DNA from: Kosmotogaceae bacterium
Lineage (GTDB): Bacteria; Thermotogota; Thermotogae; Petrotogales; Kosmotogaceae
Direction of reading: 5' to 3'
Assembly: GCA_016933635.1 (NCBI GenBank)
Contig: JAFGAP010000034.1
Coordinates: 32,505 to 96,504, forward strand
DNA length: 64,000 nucleotides
Below, piece after piece: positions 19,204 through 28,723 of this stretch. Within the stretch, counting starts at the first letter, position 1. Each line of letters begins with the position of its first letter. A model generated the notes under the pieces. The model did no database searches. It was given only the letters and a program-made list of their open reading frames with translations, and was not told the origin of the DNA. Both the position numbers and the translations under genes were made by a program.

Positions 19204-20970
19204 TTGAGCATTCCAGGAAGCAAGTTGCAGGTATATCTTACATCGATTTTAATAGTCGTTGTTTCAGTAGTAGTCTTTTCCCTGCATTCTGTTCAGCCGG
19301 TTAAGTTCTTTGCTATACTTAGCGAAATGGTGGTTATTGGTGTTTCGCTGGTCGCGGCTTACCTACTGGGAAATCGTGAGCTCCACAAAGGGATCCCTCT
19401 GGGCCTTATCTTTCTATCGATTTCAACATATTTCGATTTGCTTGAAGCGCTTACAGGAACGAGATTTTATGAATTCGTTTCGGTGGTGCTGCTGGTTATT
19501 GGTTTTCCCATGCTCCTGATAAGTGCTGTTCATCACATCAAGGAGCGAAAGAAGAGAATCTCAGAATTCGGGGCCGTTGTAGACAATTCACTTGACGGCA
19601 TTCTACTTATGGGTCTGTCAGGAGAGATACTCTATCCGAATAGGGCAGCATGCAGTTTGCTTGGATATAGTAACGAAGAACTCGTGAAAATGAAAGTATC
19701 TGATGTGCTTTCCGAAGATAGCGAGAAGAGATTCGAGAAGGCGAAGGTCTCTCTTTTTGCAGGAAAGAACGCCTGTCAGACTGAATTGGAATTCGTTAAT
19801 GTGGGACAATATAAGTTAGTTGCCGAGGTCAATCTGGTGATTGGAAGGGATACTGAAGAAGATCCCGATTCCTTTATCATGACCTTCAAAGATGTCACTC
19901 ACTTGCGAAAGATCGAATCGGCTCTCATTGAACAGAACAAGTTCCAGAGACTTCTCAACGAATTAATCACGGAAGTTTTGGAAAGCGATTTTGATGAAAA
20001 GACCTACAACTACTTCTTGATGAGATGTATTGAAGTCTTCCCAAGGGCAGATGCAGCAGCTTTTCTGCTGAAAGAAGAGGATAATCGTTATCACTTTGTG
20101 GCCACTCACAACTACGACTTTGAGGAACTGAAGACGGTCTCGTTTTCTTCTGAAGAACTTATTCAAAAAGGTAGCGATGATGTGGTTATCATAAAAGATT
20201 ACAGTGTTGATTATCACATGGATGGTGAGCGATTGGAGAAGATCATAAAAGGAGGAAGGCTTGAGGAAATAAAGAGCACTCTTTCGATCCCAATAAAGAT
20301 AGATGATGACATCAGAATGTATTTCAATCTGGACAGCTTCACTTCTTCAACTGCTTTTGATGACAAAGAGGTAGTAAACACGGCAATTGGTTTTGGAAAA
20401 GCGATTTCAGTTCTTTTATGGAGAATTCAGACAGTAAATGAACTGAGAGGACAGAGAAAGCTGATGGAAAAGCTGTCTATGGAGGATCACCTGACTGGTC
20501 TTCCGAATCGCAGAGCCTTCTTTGATTGCGCGGGAAGGCAGCTTGAGTTTTCGAAGCGAAATTACGAGGATATGGCTCTTCTTTATCTCGATCTAAATGA
20601 TTTCAAGGGAGTCAACGATACTCTTGGACATGATTTTGGAGATGAGCTTCTAAAAAGAGTTGGCAAGCGCCTGAGTACTGTCTGCCGTAAAAGCGACCTC
20701 ATTGCAAGAATGGGCGGCGACGAATTTGTATACATACTACCTTCGACGGGAAAAGAAGGGTCTAGAGAGGCTGAAATGAGAATCCATAAAGCCTTTGAAA
20801 ACCCCTTTTCTATCAAGGGAAGAAACTTGAAACTGACTGCCAGTGTTGGTGTTGCAGTATTTCCTGATGATGGGAAGAGTATTAGAGAATTGCTGATCGT
20901 GGCCGACGAAAAGATGTATGAAAACAAGGAGAATCTCTCAAGAGAGTCAAAGAGAGTGACAATCACCTGA
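19204..20970 (+). CDS. membrane sensor diguanylate cyclase (TM-PAS-GAF-like-GGDEF)
   Basis: N-terminal TM helices, PAS (NRAACSLLGYS), DHLTGLPNRR, RKSD I-site, MGGDEF. Confidence 0.9.
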   Translation: MSIPGSKLQVYLTSILIVVVSVVVFSLHSVQPVKFFAILSEMVVIGVSLVAAYLLGNRELHKGIPLGLIFLSISTYFDLLEALTGTRFYEFVSVVLLVIGFPMLLISAVHHIKERKKRISEFGAVVDNSLDGILLMGLSGEILYPNRAACSLLGYSNEELVKMKVSDVLSEDSEKRFEKAKVSLFAGKNACQTELEFVNVGQYKLVAEVNLVIGRDTEEDPDSFIMTFKDVTHLRKIESALIEQNKFQRLLNELITEVLESDFDEKTYNYFLMRCIEVFPRADAAAFLLKEEDNRYHFVATHNYDFEELKTVSFSSEELIQKGSDDVVIIKDYSVDYHMDGERLEKIIKGGRLEEIKSTLSIPIKIDDDIRMYFNLDSFTSSTAFDDKEVVNTAIGFGKAISVLLWRIQTVNELRGQRKLMEKLSMEDHLTGLPNRRAFFDCAGRQLEFSKRNYEDMALLYLDLNDFKGVNDTLGHDFGDELLKRVGKRLSTVCRKSDLIARMGGDEFVYILPSTGKEGSREAEMRIHKAFENPFSIKGRNLKLTASVGVAVFPDDGKSIRELLIVADEKMYENKENLSRESKRVTIT

Positions 20971-21199
20971 CCATTAGAAATTACTGCTTTTCCGACTTGC
21001 TGAGGTAACAGTAAGACGCATTGAGACAATCTTATCTCATGAGAAACACCCTTTCTTCTTGTTTCGAATAATGGACATTAATTCATTTATTCATGCTAGG
21101 ATTGTTTATCAAAGCTATTACATTGCCTGACTCTTCTTCATTTGGAGCCTCATTTACCTGAATCAAAGAATCTCTTTTCTTCAATACGAGGAGGTATTT

Positions 21200-24100
21200 A
21201 TGAAAATCAAACTGTTGTTTTCATTAGCAATACTGGCAATAGTATTGATAACCCTTACAGGATGTCCGACTCCAACGAAATTCACATTGAAAGTAACAAC
21301 GTCTCCGGAAACCGGGTTGAACATAACTATAGGGGGTATTAGCTACGAATCTCCTAAAACAGTCACTCTAGCTGGGGGTAGTTCCACAAATATTGGAATC
21401 GCTTCTCCTCAGGAAGAAGACAAATCCGGTCAGGTGATAGGACCGGATACTCGATTTACTTTCATCCAGTGGAACGATTCAAGTACGGCAAATCCAAGAA
21501 ATGTAACGCTCAGCTCAAACATGACTTACACGGGAGAAATGCTCGTTGAATACAAAGTGACTACCTCAACCGATCCAGCAGGGGGAATGGTTCCTGGAAC
21601 AGGCTGGAGTATTTCTGCTACTAGCAAGAGCTTCACTGCGCCGGTTAGAGCTGGCTTCTCTTTTAGCCATTGGATGGTAAATGGAGTGAATTCTGGCTCT
21701 TCAAATCCTCTGAACATAATTATTGACGCTCCGAAGCATATCGTTGCAGTCTACATAGCAGATCAAATTCCCTGCAATTTGACGGTCACTACATCGCCAG
21801 ACCTGGCGCTGGACATTGAAATAGGCGGTGTTCCATTCACTTCTCCAAAAGGGATGATTGTCAACAGTGGTACAACAAAGCAAATCGCCGCGATTACTCC
21901 TCAGGAGAAAGACATATCCCCGTGGCTCTCGGGAATAGATTCGAGATACATATTCGATGACTGGAATGATGGAAACACCTCGCATACTAGAAACGTGATT
22001 GTAAACACAGATATAACATATACCGCAAATATGGACGCAGAATACAGGGTGACAGTCGATTCTTCGCCATCAGAAGTATCGGAAGTAGCGAGTTTCTGGA
22101 CGGCTAGAGGCAATGTGTGGCAGTTTGATTTCAGCGGAGATTTAGGCCCGTACAACTTCAGCTACTGGTATGTTAACGGTCAGAACCTTGGAAGTGCAAG
22201 ACCTCTTGAGATTGTTGTCGATAAACCCTATCATGTCACGGCAGTCTTTGCCGAGCAAGAAACACAATACACATTAACGGTAACTACATCTCCGGAAACC
22301 GGACTAAACATAATCATTGATGATATCGGCTTTGCTTCTCCAAAGACGGTGGTTTTAAACAGTGGTACCGAAGCAGAAATAGAAGTCACTTCTCCGCAGG
22401 AAAAGGAGAAATCTGGTCAAGTAACGGGAACAGACACGCGTTTCACCTTTGTACGCTGGAGCGATACCAATACAAACAATCCAAGAACAATTACCTTGAA
22501 CTCAGATATGACCTATACCGCAGAGATGAAAGTAGAGTACATGGTGACAACGGGAACAAACCCTGCAGGAGGAACCATTGAAGGAGCAGGTTGGTATGTA
22601 GCTGGAACTGTGAAGAATTTCACTGCTCCAGTAAGAGCCGGTTACACCTTTTCACACTGGGTTATTAACGGAGCAAACATGGGAGATGCAAACCCTGTAG
22701 CTGTTAACGTCAACTCTCCCAAGAATGTGATTGCATACTATAATGCTGAGACCACGACAAAGAATATATTTGGAACCGTTACCCCGTATACGGGAAACAT
22801 AAAGACTGCAAGCCTTGAAAATATGGATATACATTCTAACACCGAAATAAGGATCACGCATGACAAACCTGAATTCATAGAAAACGAATATCTTCTAAAG
22901 GTGGAATCATTCAAAGAAGCTGAATCCTCATTCATTAGTGCCTCCATTGCGTCGATCGATGTAATTGAAAGAATAGAGGACTATTATGGTGAACTGAAGT
23001 ACCTGCATGTTAGAACGGCTGCGAGCGAGGAGGAATTGAGGAGACTCCCGGGAATTGTTCAGGTATCTAAGAACAGCTTGTTCTACGCACTTAGTACCAC
23101 GCCAAACGATCCCTCATACCCCGTTCAATGGAACTACCCTGTCATGAATTTACCTCAAGCTTGGGATTACACGGTTGGATCTAGAAGCGTGGTAGTAGCG
23201 GTAATTGACTCGGGATTCAGCACTAGCCACCCCGATCTCTCCGGAATCTTTGAATCTGGCTATAACTTCATAGATAACAACACTAATGTCTCGGAACCAG
23301 GCACTTCCGAAGACAGCCACGGAACTCACGTTGTTGGGACGATCGCTGCGCTCACGAATAACGCACTGGGTGTTTCCGGCGTTACCTGGGGAGGACTGGG
23401 AATCACACTTATACCCATCAGAGGAATAAAAGACGCAGCCGCACTTATTAACAGCCTAATCTATGCAGTCGATCATGGAGCAAAGATAATTAACATGAGT
23501 CTAGGAGGAGCGGTAGACAGTCCTGCCGTACACGACGCTGTGAAATACGCAGCCAGAAATGGAGTCGTGATGGTCGCAGCATCCGGAAACAATGGAGACG
23601 GCAATATCCTCTATCCTGCTCGCTATCCAGAGACTATTGCTGTTGGAGCAATATGGGAAGACGAAGGTACAATCAAGATATCTCCTTACTCATGTTATGG
23701 GTCTGAGCTTGATGTTGTGGCACCCGGAGGGTATATGAGATCAGGCACCGATCCAAACGGAATATACAGCACCGGATGGACTCCCTCGGGCAACACCTAT
23801 ATGTATATGCAGGGAACATCGATGGCTACGCCACATGTAACAGGCCTTGTGGCTCTTCTAATGGGAGCCGGTTTGACTGATCCGGATGATATTAGAAACG
23901 TACTACATAATACGGCCATAGATCTCGGATCTCCCGGAAGAGATGACGATTACGGGTGGGGACTTGTAGATGCCGAAGCTGCGCTTGATTCTATTGCCTC
24001 GCCACAAGAGTTCAAAGTCTTCTTGAGAAATCCGTCAACTGGCACCAATATTGCCAGCACCAACCTATCTGACTCAGGTGCATACCATTTCAGTGACGTA

Positions 24101-24289
24101 AGCAATTCTCAGGTCGAAATCTTCGCCTGGAGGGATATGGACGAAAGCGGAACGATTGACACTGGAGATCTTCTTGGATATTTCAACTATTCAGGAGGCA
24201 CACCGGATCTTGACAATGCCCAGACAATAACCCTTTCCGGTGGCGACAACTGGGTCGATTTTGAGTTCGCTCCGATAGTTGGAGATTGA
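21200..24289 (+). CDS. S8 (subtilisin) serine peptidase lipoprotein with N-terminal repeats
   Basis: Lipobox LTGC; triad motifs VAVIDSG, HGTHVVG, GTSMATPH; oxyanion ASGN; three N-terminal repeat units. Confidence 0.93.
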   Translation: MKIKLLFSLAILAIVLITLTGCPTPTKFTLKVTTSPETGLNITIGGISYESPKTVTLAGGSSTNIGIASPQEEDKSGQVIGPDTRFTFIQWNDSSTANPRNVTLSSNMTYTGEMLVEYKVTTSTDPAGGMVPGTGWSISATSKSFTAPVRAGFSFSHWMVNGVNSGSSNPLNIIIDAPKHIVAVYIADQIPCNLTVTTSPDLALDIEIGGVPFTSPKGMIVNSGTTKQIAAITPQEKDISPWLSGIDSRYIFDDWNDGNTSHTRNVIVNTDITYTANMDAEYRVTVDSSPSEVSEVASFWTARGNVWQFDFSGDLGPYNFSYWYVNGQNLGSARPLEIVVDKPYHVTAVFAEQETQYTLTVTTSPETGLNIIIDDIGFASPKTVVLNSGTEAEIEVTSPQEKEKSGQVTGTDTRFTFVRWSDTNTNNPRTITLNSDMTYTAEMKVEYMVTTGTNPAGGTIEGAGWYVAGTVKNFTAPVRAGYTFSHWVINGANMGDANPVAVNVNSPKNVIAYYNAETTTKNIFGTVTPYTGNIKTASLENMDIHSNTEIRITHDKPEFIENEYLLKVESFKEAESSFISASIASIDVIERIEDYYGELKYLHVRTAASEEELRRLPGIVQVSKNSLFYALSTTPNDPSYPVQWNYPVMNLPQAWDYTVGSRSVVVAVIDSGFSTSHPDLSGIFESGYNFIDNNTNVSEPGTSEDSHGTHVVGTIAALTNNALGVSGVTWGGLGITLIPIRGIKDAAALINSLIYAVDHGAKIINMSLGGAVDSPAVHDAVKYAARNGVVMVAASGNNGDGNILYPARYPETIAVGAIWEDEGTIKISPYSCYGSELDVVAPGGYMRSGTDPNGIYSTGWTPSGNTYMYMQGTSMATPHVTGLVALLMGAGLTDPDDIRNVLHNTAIDLGSPGRDDDYGWGLVDAEAALDSIASPQEFKVFLRNPSTGTNIASTNLSDSGAYHFSDVSNSQVEIFAWRDMDESGTIDTGDLLGYFNYSGGTPDLDNAQTITLSGGDNWVDFEFAPIVGD
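21278..22745 (+). repeat. three ~165-aa (~495 bp) intragenic tandem repeats
   Basis: Units start near 21278 (FTLKVTTSPETGLNI), 21773 (CNLTVTTSPDLALDI), 22268 (YTLTVTTSPETGLNI); shared SPK, PQE, F..W.D, FS.W.VNG motifs. Confidence 0.85.
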
Positions 24290-24361
24290 TAAGCCGTTTC
24301 TGAAAGAAGTTGGTATTTCTTTGGCTGACGTTCTTCAACACACGGTAGGTTCGTAATGAAC

Positions 24362-24399
24362 AAGAAAAGGAACGCTGACAATCGCGTTCCTTTTCTTTT
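24362..24399. terminator. bidirectional intrinsic terminator
   Basis: AAGAAAAGGAACGC-tgacaatc-GCGTTCCTTTTCTT between convergent genes. Confidence 0.85.
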
Positions 24400-24439
24400 G
24401 CAGATATTCCAGTACACGACAAGGATTTTTAGACGAAGA

Positions 24440-26554
24440 CTACTGCTTGTTCAAAGCCTCAAGCAACTCATCCAGAGTTTGTATCCCTTCGTCTAAAATT
24501 TCAATGAGAACTCCTTCATAGATGAACTTTATTCTATCACCGAGTGCAAAGACTTTCGCTACCCAGTCGCTTCTGTCGGCAAGCTCGAAGTATGCTTCAC
24601 TGTATGCGGTCAGATTTAGCGGTTCAAGAATGTTTACCTGTTCATCATCCTGGATCCAAACCCCTTCTTCAAGAGTGAAGCCTATTCCGTCAACGAACGT
24701 GTAATCAAAAACCCCGCCTTCAACGAACTGGTCCTGCTCCATCTCCGCAACAGATTTCGCTGCCATGACAGAATCTGCAGGAGGGGCAGCACCCAGGCCC
24801 CCTCTATCTCCTGTCGTGTATGTTTGAACTCTTTCAGGAGCGATCAAGTACGATGTGAATTCGTTTATTATGTTGAACTTTTTTGAGAGAGCGATAATCT
24901 CAAGCTTCAACTCTTCCTTCTCTTCTTCAGTGAGGGAAGGTTCATATCTGTAAAGATTCGCAAGATGGCCAATTCTCTTCTGAGCCCAGATTCTCTCGAT
25001 GAATGGGTTGTCAGATCTCTTTGAAGTCTTGAAGAGATACTCATACCTGTACTTTTCACCGCCTCTAGTACCTTCAACGGTCACTCTCATATCTCCCTCA
25101 TCAAAGTAAATTCCCGATATTCTTAAAGCCTGCCCGGAAAAGAGTGAGTATGGACCTTCGGGAAGAGTTTTCCTTACATCAAGGTTTTCTATAGAAACAG
25201 TCACGTTTTCCAGAGCAGGTGTCTCTATGGATCTGTAGAGATCGGTGACTTTTCCTTCAATGCTTTCTCCTTCGACAATATAACTTACTCTTCCTGCATT
25301 TTCCTGAACAAGGCGGTCCAATAGTTCGGCGACGACCCCAGTGCCTACTCCAAAAGAGAAGAGATGAACATTTCTGGCTTTTGCCTCGGGAGTCGCATCA
25401 CCAATTATTCTTCCGATGTCGGTTATTCCTTCTGTCGGCTCTCCGTCAGTAAGGAAGAGAAGTACCTTGAATCTACCAGTATCATATTTGCTGAACATAT
25501 CTATGCTTGTCTGAAGTGCGCCGTAGATATTTGTCATTCCATCTGCCTGAATTCTTCTTACCTTCTCTATCCACTCAGCCTTTTCTGAAGCATTTAGAAG
25601 ACTTCCAGTAAGGTTGTGTACTTTTCCATCGAAGGTAACAATTGCAAAGCGATCCCCAGATCTTAGCATTTGAAGTACTTGTTCTAAAGCGCGTTTAGCC
25701 TGTTCAATCTTCTCTCCGTACATCGAACCGGAAATATCGAGGACAAAGACGACATCTTTTGGGATGACGATTTCTTCATTAATTCTGGGGATAAGTGTTA
25801 GGAGGAAGTATCCTTCATTTGTTGATTCATCCCAGTGGGATGCCAGAGAAGAAGGTATCTCATCTTCTGATGAGGTGAGAACAAGAGCGACGTCTGAATT
25901 GGGAATTAGATCTTTTCCTGTGAAGACGTACTCCCTGCCACTGACTCCTGTTGTTTCCACAAGTTGATGAGTCGGCGAATAAACCTCGGCGATCTGAAAA
26001 GGAACCGAAATTCTAACATTGACTAAGCCTATAGGAGCCGAAAGAAAACTGTCAATCTTCAGAGGATAAATCATCGAGTATGAATTGGAAGATATTTCCA
26101 ATGGCTGGCTGTATTCAATAAAAAATTGTCTCCTTTCGCCCGGTTCAAAAGGATAGATGCTCATTCTGATAAGCTGAGTCCCAACGTACTCCAGCAGTGC
26201 CGGGTCCTTCATTTTCGCCACTATCTCCTGGTATATCTCTCTCGCTTCATCTGCTGGAAGTACTTCACCCTTCAGAATTTGATCTCCGATCTTCATTGTG
26301 AAATCACTTATTACAGCTGAAGAGGGAATTGGGAAAAGATAAACAGCTTCCAGCAATCTAGTTGAAGTGTTTTCAAATTCCTCCTCAATTATGACCGTCG
26401 CGATTCCGTCCACAACTGTAATGTGAACGTTGTGTGTGTTCATCACGAATCCGCCTGAATCAGGTTCCAACGGAAACTGCGGAATCACCACACCGTTTGA
26501 AAACGCTAAAGTGACAGCTAGAACAAGAAGGAAAATCATTCCAAGATTCTTCAT
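24440..26554 (-). CDS. secreted VIT and VWA domain protein (inter-alpha-trypsin inhibitor-like)
   Basis: Signal peptide; VIT region (LEAVYLFPIP..DPALLEY); MIDAS DISGS, GMTNI, LTDGEPT; TSYL. Confidence 0.88.
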   Translation of the reverse strand: MKNLGMIFLLVLAVTLAFSNGVVIPQFPLEPDSGGFVMNTHNVHITVVDGIATVIIEEEFENTSTRLLEAVYLFPIPSSAVISDFTMKIGDQILKGEVLPADEAREIYQEIVAKMKDPALLEYVGTQLIRMSIYPFEPGERRQFFIEYSQPLEISSNSYSMIYPLKIDSFLSAPIGLVNVRISVPFQIAEVYSPTHQLVETTGVSGREYVFTGKDLIPNSDVALVLTSSEDEIPSSLASHWDESTNEGYFLLTLIPRINEEIVIPKDVVFVLDISGSMYGEKIEQAKRALEQVLQMLRSGDRFAIVTFDGKVHNLTGSLLNASEKAEWIEKVRRIQADGMTNIYGALQTSIDMFSKYDTGRFKVLLFLTDGEPTEGITDIGRIIGDATPEAKARNVHLFSFGVGTGVVAELLDRLVQENAGRVSYIVEGESIEGKVTDLYRSIETPALENVTVSIENLDVRKTLPEGPYSLFSGQALRISGIYFDEGDMRVTVEGTRGGEKYRYEYLFKTSKRSDNPFIERIWAQKRIGHLANLYRYEPSLTEEEKEELKLEIIALSKKFNIINEFTSYLIAPERVQTYTTGDRGGLGAAPPADSVMAAKSVAEMEQDQFVEGGVFDYTFVDGIGFTLEEGVWIQDDEQVNILEPLNLTAYSEAYFELADRSDWVAKVFALGDRIKFIYEGVLIEILDEGIQTLDELLEALNKQ

Positions 26555-26696
26555 TGCATCGCCCCCTCTATTATCTATTACTTATGACATCTCATAGGAC
26601 AAGAAGGTTTACACAGTTATGCTGTTTGAAGAGATACGGGAAGAAGAAAAGGTTCCTGTCTTATTGCTCTAGGTAGTTAGTAAGGCTTTGGAGTTG

Positions 26697-26724
26697 AAAA
26701 AACCCGGAGACCTTAGTCTCCGGG
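26697..26724 (-). terminator. intrinsic terminator of sugar ABC operon
   Basis: CCCGGAGAC-loop-GTCTCCGGG hairpin followed by T-run on minus strand. Confidence 0.8.
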
Positions 26725-26749
26725 CGTCTAGATTCGTCATTGTGGAAAT

Positions 26750-27712
26750 TTAGAATATTGAATCAGGCTCGTAGTAAAGCTCGGCGTTTTCAGCGGTAAC
26801 CAGCTCTGCCGCAAGGATTATTCTAGATGGGATCTGCTGTTGATAAAAACCTTCCAGAGGCTGCCCCCTCATTGCAAATACCGCCATGGAAATCCCTGTA
26901 GCTATCATTGATGGAGGATATGTAACATCTGCCTTCACGAGAGGATCATTGTCGATGATCTTCTTTATCATTTGCTTTGATCCGGCGCCACCAAGGAAGA
27001 GCTTGATATCATTTCTTCCGGATTCCTTGTATGCCTGAAGGACTCCGACAAGAACATCGTCATCTTGTGCCCAAACAGCGTCTATCTTCGGGTACTTCTG
27101 AAGGTAGTTCTCCATTATTTCTAATCCACGTGCAGTATCCCAGTAAGCTGGTTGTGAATCTAGAATTCTTATGTCCGGATACTTTGCAATGACTTCGTTG
27201 AATGCGTCTACTCTTTCGCTGTTGATGACGCAAGGAATTCCTTCCAGAACTACTATGTCGCCTTTGTAATCAAGAGCTTCAGCCAACCACTCGCCAGACA
27301 CTCTTCCAAGGCCAGGGTTGTCACCGGCTACGTAGACATTTTCAACAGGTTTCGTCAAACCTCTGTCGACAGATACAATAAAGACCCCGCTGTTATAGGC
27401 CTTCTCGACAACTGGTGTGAGTGGTTCTGAGTCATGAGCAAGAATAACTAGAGCGTCGATTCCCTTTACCATGAGGTCTTCGACGTCCCCAACCTGTTTT
27501 GCCGGTGAGTCAGCAGTTACCAGGAAGAACTCAACGTCGGGATCCTTCTCATTCCAGTCCTTTATGGCTTTTTGTGCCCACCATACGATTCCACCTGTCC
27601 AACCATGATCTGCACTAGGAATGGCAACACCAATCTTGATCTTCTCGGCAGCCATGGCAAAAGCTGAGAGAATGAACACTACGAAGATCGTAAGAACCAA
27701 TGCCTTTTTCAC
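26750..27712 (-). CDS. sugar ABC transporter substrate-binding protein (RbsB/CUT2 type)
   Basis: Signal peptide, VSVDR, GDN, AQDDD; GTG 27712 after GGAGG. Confidence 0.9.
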   Translation of the reverse strand: MKKALVLTIFVVFILSAFAMAAEKIKIGVAIPSADHGWTGGIVWWAQKAIKDWNEKDPDVEFFLVTADSPAKQVGDVEDLMVKGIDALVILAHDSEPLTPVVEKAYNSGVFIVSVDRGLTKPVENVYVAGDNPGLGRVSGEWLAEALDYKGDIVVLEGIPCVINSERVDAFNEVIAKYPDIRILDSQPAYWDTARGLEIMENYLQKYPKIDAVWAQDDDVLVGVLQAYKESGRNDIKLFLGGAGSKQMIKKIIDNDPLVKADVTYPPSMIATGISMAVFAMRGQPLEGFYQQQIPSRIILAAELVTAENAELYYEPDSIF

Positions 27713-27748
27713 AAGAAACACCTCCTATTTCCTTTGGCCCCATTGGGG

Positions 27749-28723
27749 TTATTGAGATCTCTTTCTCTGTATTAGGACCGCACCGATAATTACCACACCT
27801 TTTACTGTGCCCTGAAGATAAGGTGATACCCCGAGCATATTAAGCATATTGTTTATTATGCCCAGTGTTATGGCGCCGATAACCGTTCCGAGTATCGAAC
27901 CCGCTCCACCTGTCATTGGTGTTCCACCGATTATGACTGCGGCTATGGCATCAAGTTCATAGTTCATGCCGCCATTCGTTGAACTCATTGAATTCAATCT
28001 CGCAGAGAGAAAGACAGCGGAGAATCCAACGGTAATACCTACTGCCACGTAAGAAATAAACCTCGTTAGATTCACTTTGATAGCAGAATACATAGCGACT
28101 TTTGGATTTGAGCCGACGGCGCAAAGATATCTTCCATAACGAGTCTTGTTGAGGATAATGGCAAAAATCACCGCAAGACTTATGAAGACAACTACAGGAT
28201 TTGGAATGCCCAGGACTCTACCCATTCCCAGATCGGGAAAGAGATTGCTTTCGGATCTGAAGACGCCGGCGCTTCCTATATACAGTGCCATTGATCTGAA
28301 TATGGCCATAGTACCAAGTGTTGCGATGAAGGGAGCGATCTTTCCAATTGTTACCATCAGTCCGTTCAACGCGCCCAATCCTGCGCCAAAGAGCAAACCA
28401 ATTATCAGCGCGAACAATATAGCCCATGCTTCTCCACCCTCGCCAAACACACTCAGAAGCCAGTTCAGTGCAAGAATCACAACTCCGCCAACAAGAGCGA
28501 CCATAGATCCAACTGAAAGATCGATCCCTCCAGAAATAATCACAAAAGTCATTCCTAGAGCTATGATCCCTGTGTAGGAAACCTGTCTCAGAATATTCAA
28601 AAGATTTTGAGTCTGAAGAAAGTACGGGCTGGCAACAGCGGATATTACGAAAAGTATCGCAAGGGCTATTAGCGGACCAAATCTTTCATATTCGAAGCGT
28701 CTCTTTACATTTTCGCCTGCCAT
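27749..28723 (-). CDS. sugar ABC transporter permease
   Basis: GGIDLSVGS, PFIATLG, YELDAIAAVIIGG. Confidence 0.92.
   Translation of the reverse strand: MAGENVKRRFEYERFGPLIALAILFVISAVASPYFLQTQNLLNILRQVSYTGIIALGMTFVIISGGIDLSVGSMVALVGGVVILALNWLLSVFGEGGEAWAILFALIIGLLFGAGLGALNGLMVTIGKIAPFIATLGTMAIFRSMALYIGSAGVFRSESNLFPDLGMGRVLGIPNPVVVFISLAVIFAIILNKTRYGRYLCAVGSNPKVAMYSAIKVNLTRFISYVAVGITVGFSAVFLSARLNSMSSTNGGMNYELDAIAAVIIGGTPMTGGAGSILGTVIGAITLGIINNMLNMLGVSPYLQGTVKGVVIIGAVLIQRKRSQ

Noticed and set aside
21278-22745. CRISPR-like or mobile DNA repeats
   Set aside because: Repeats are long, degenerate and in-frame protein domains
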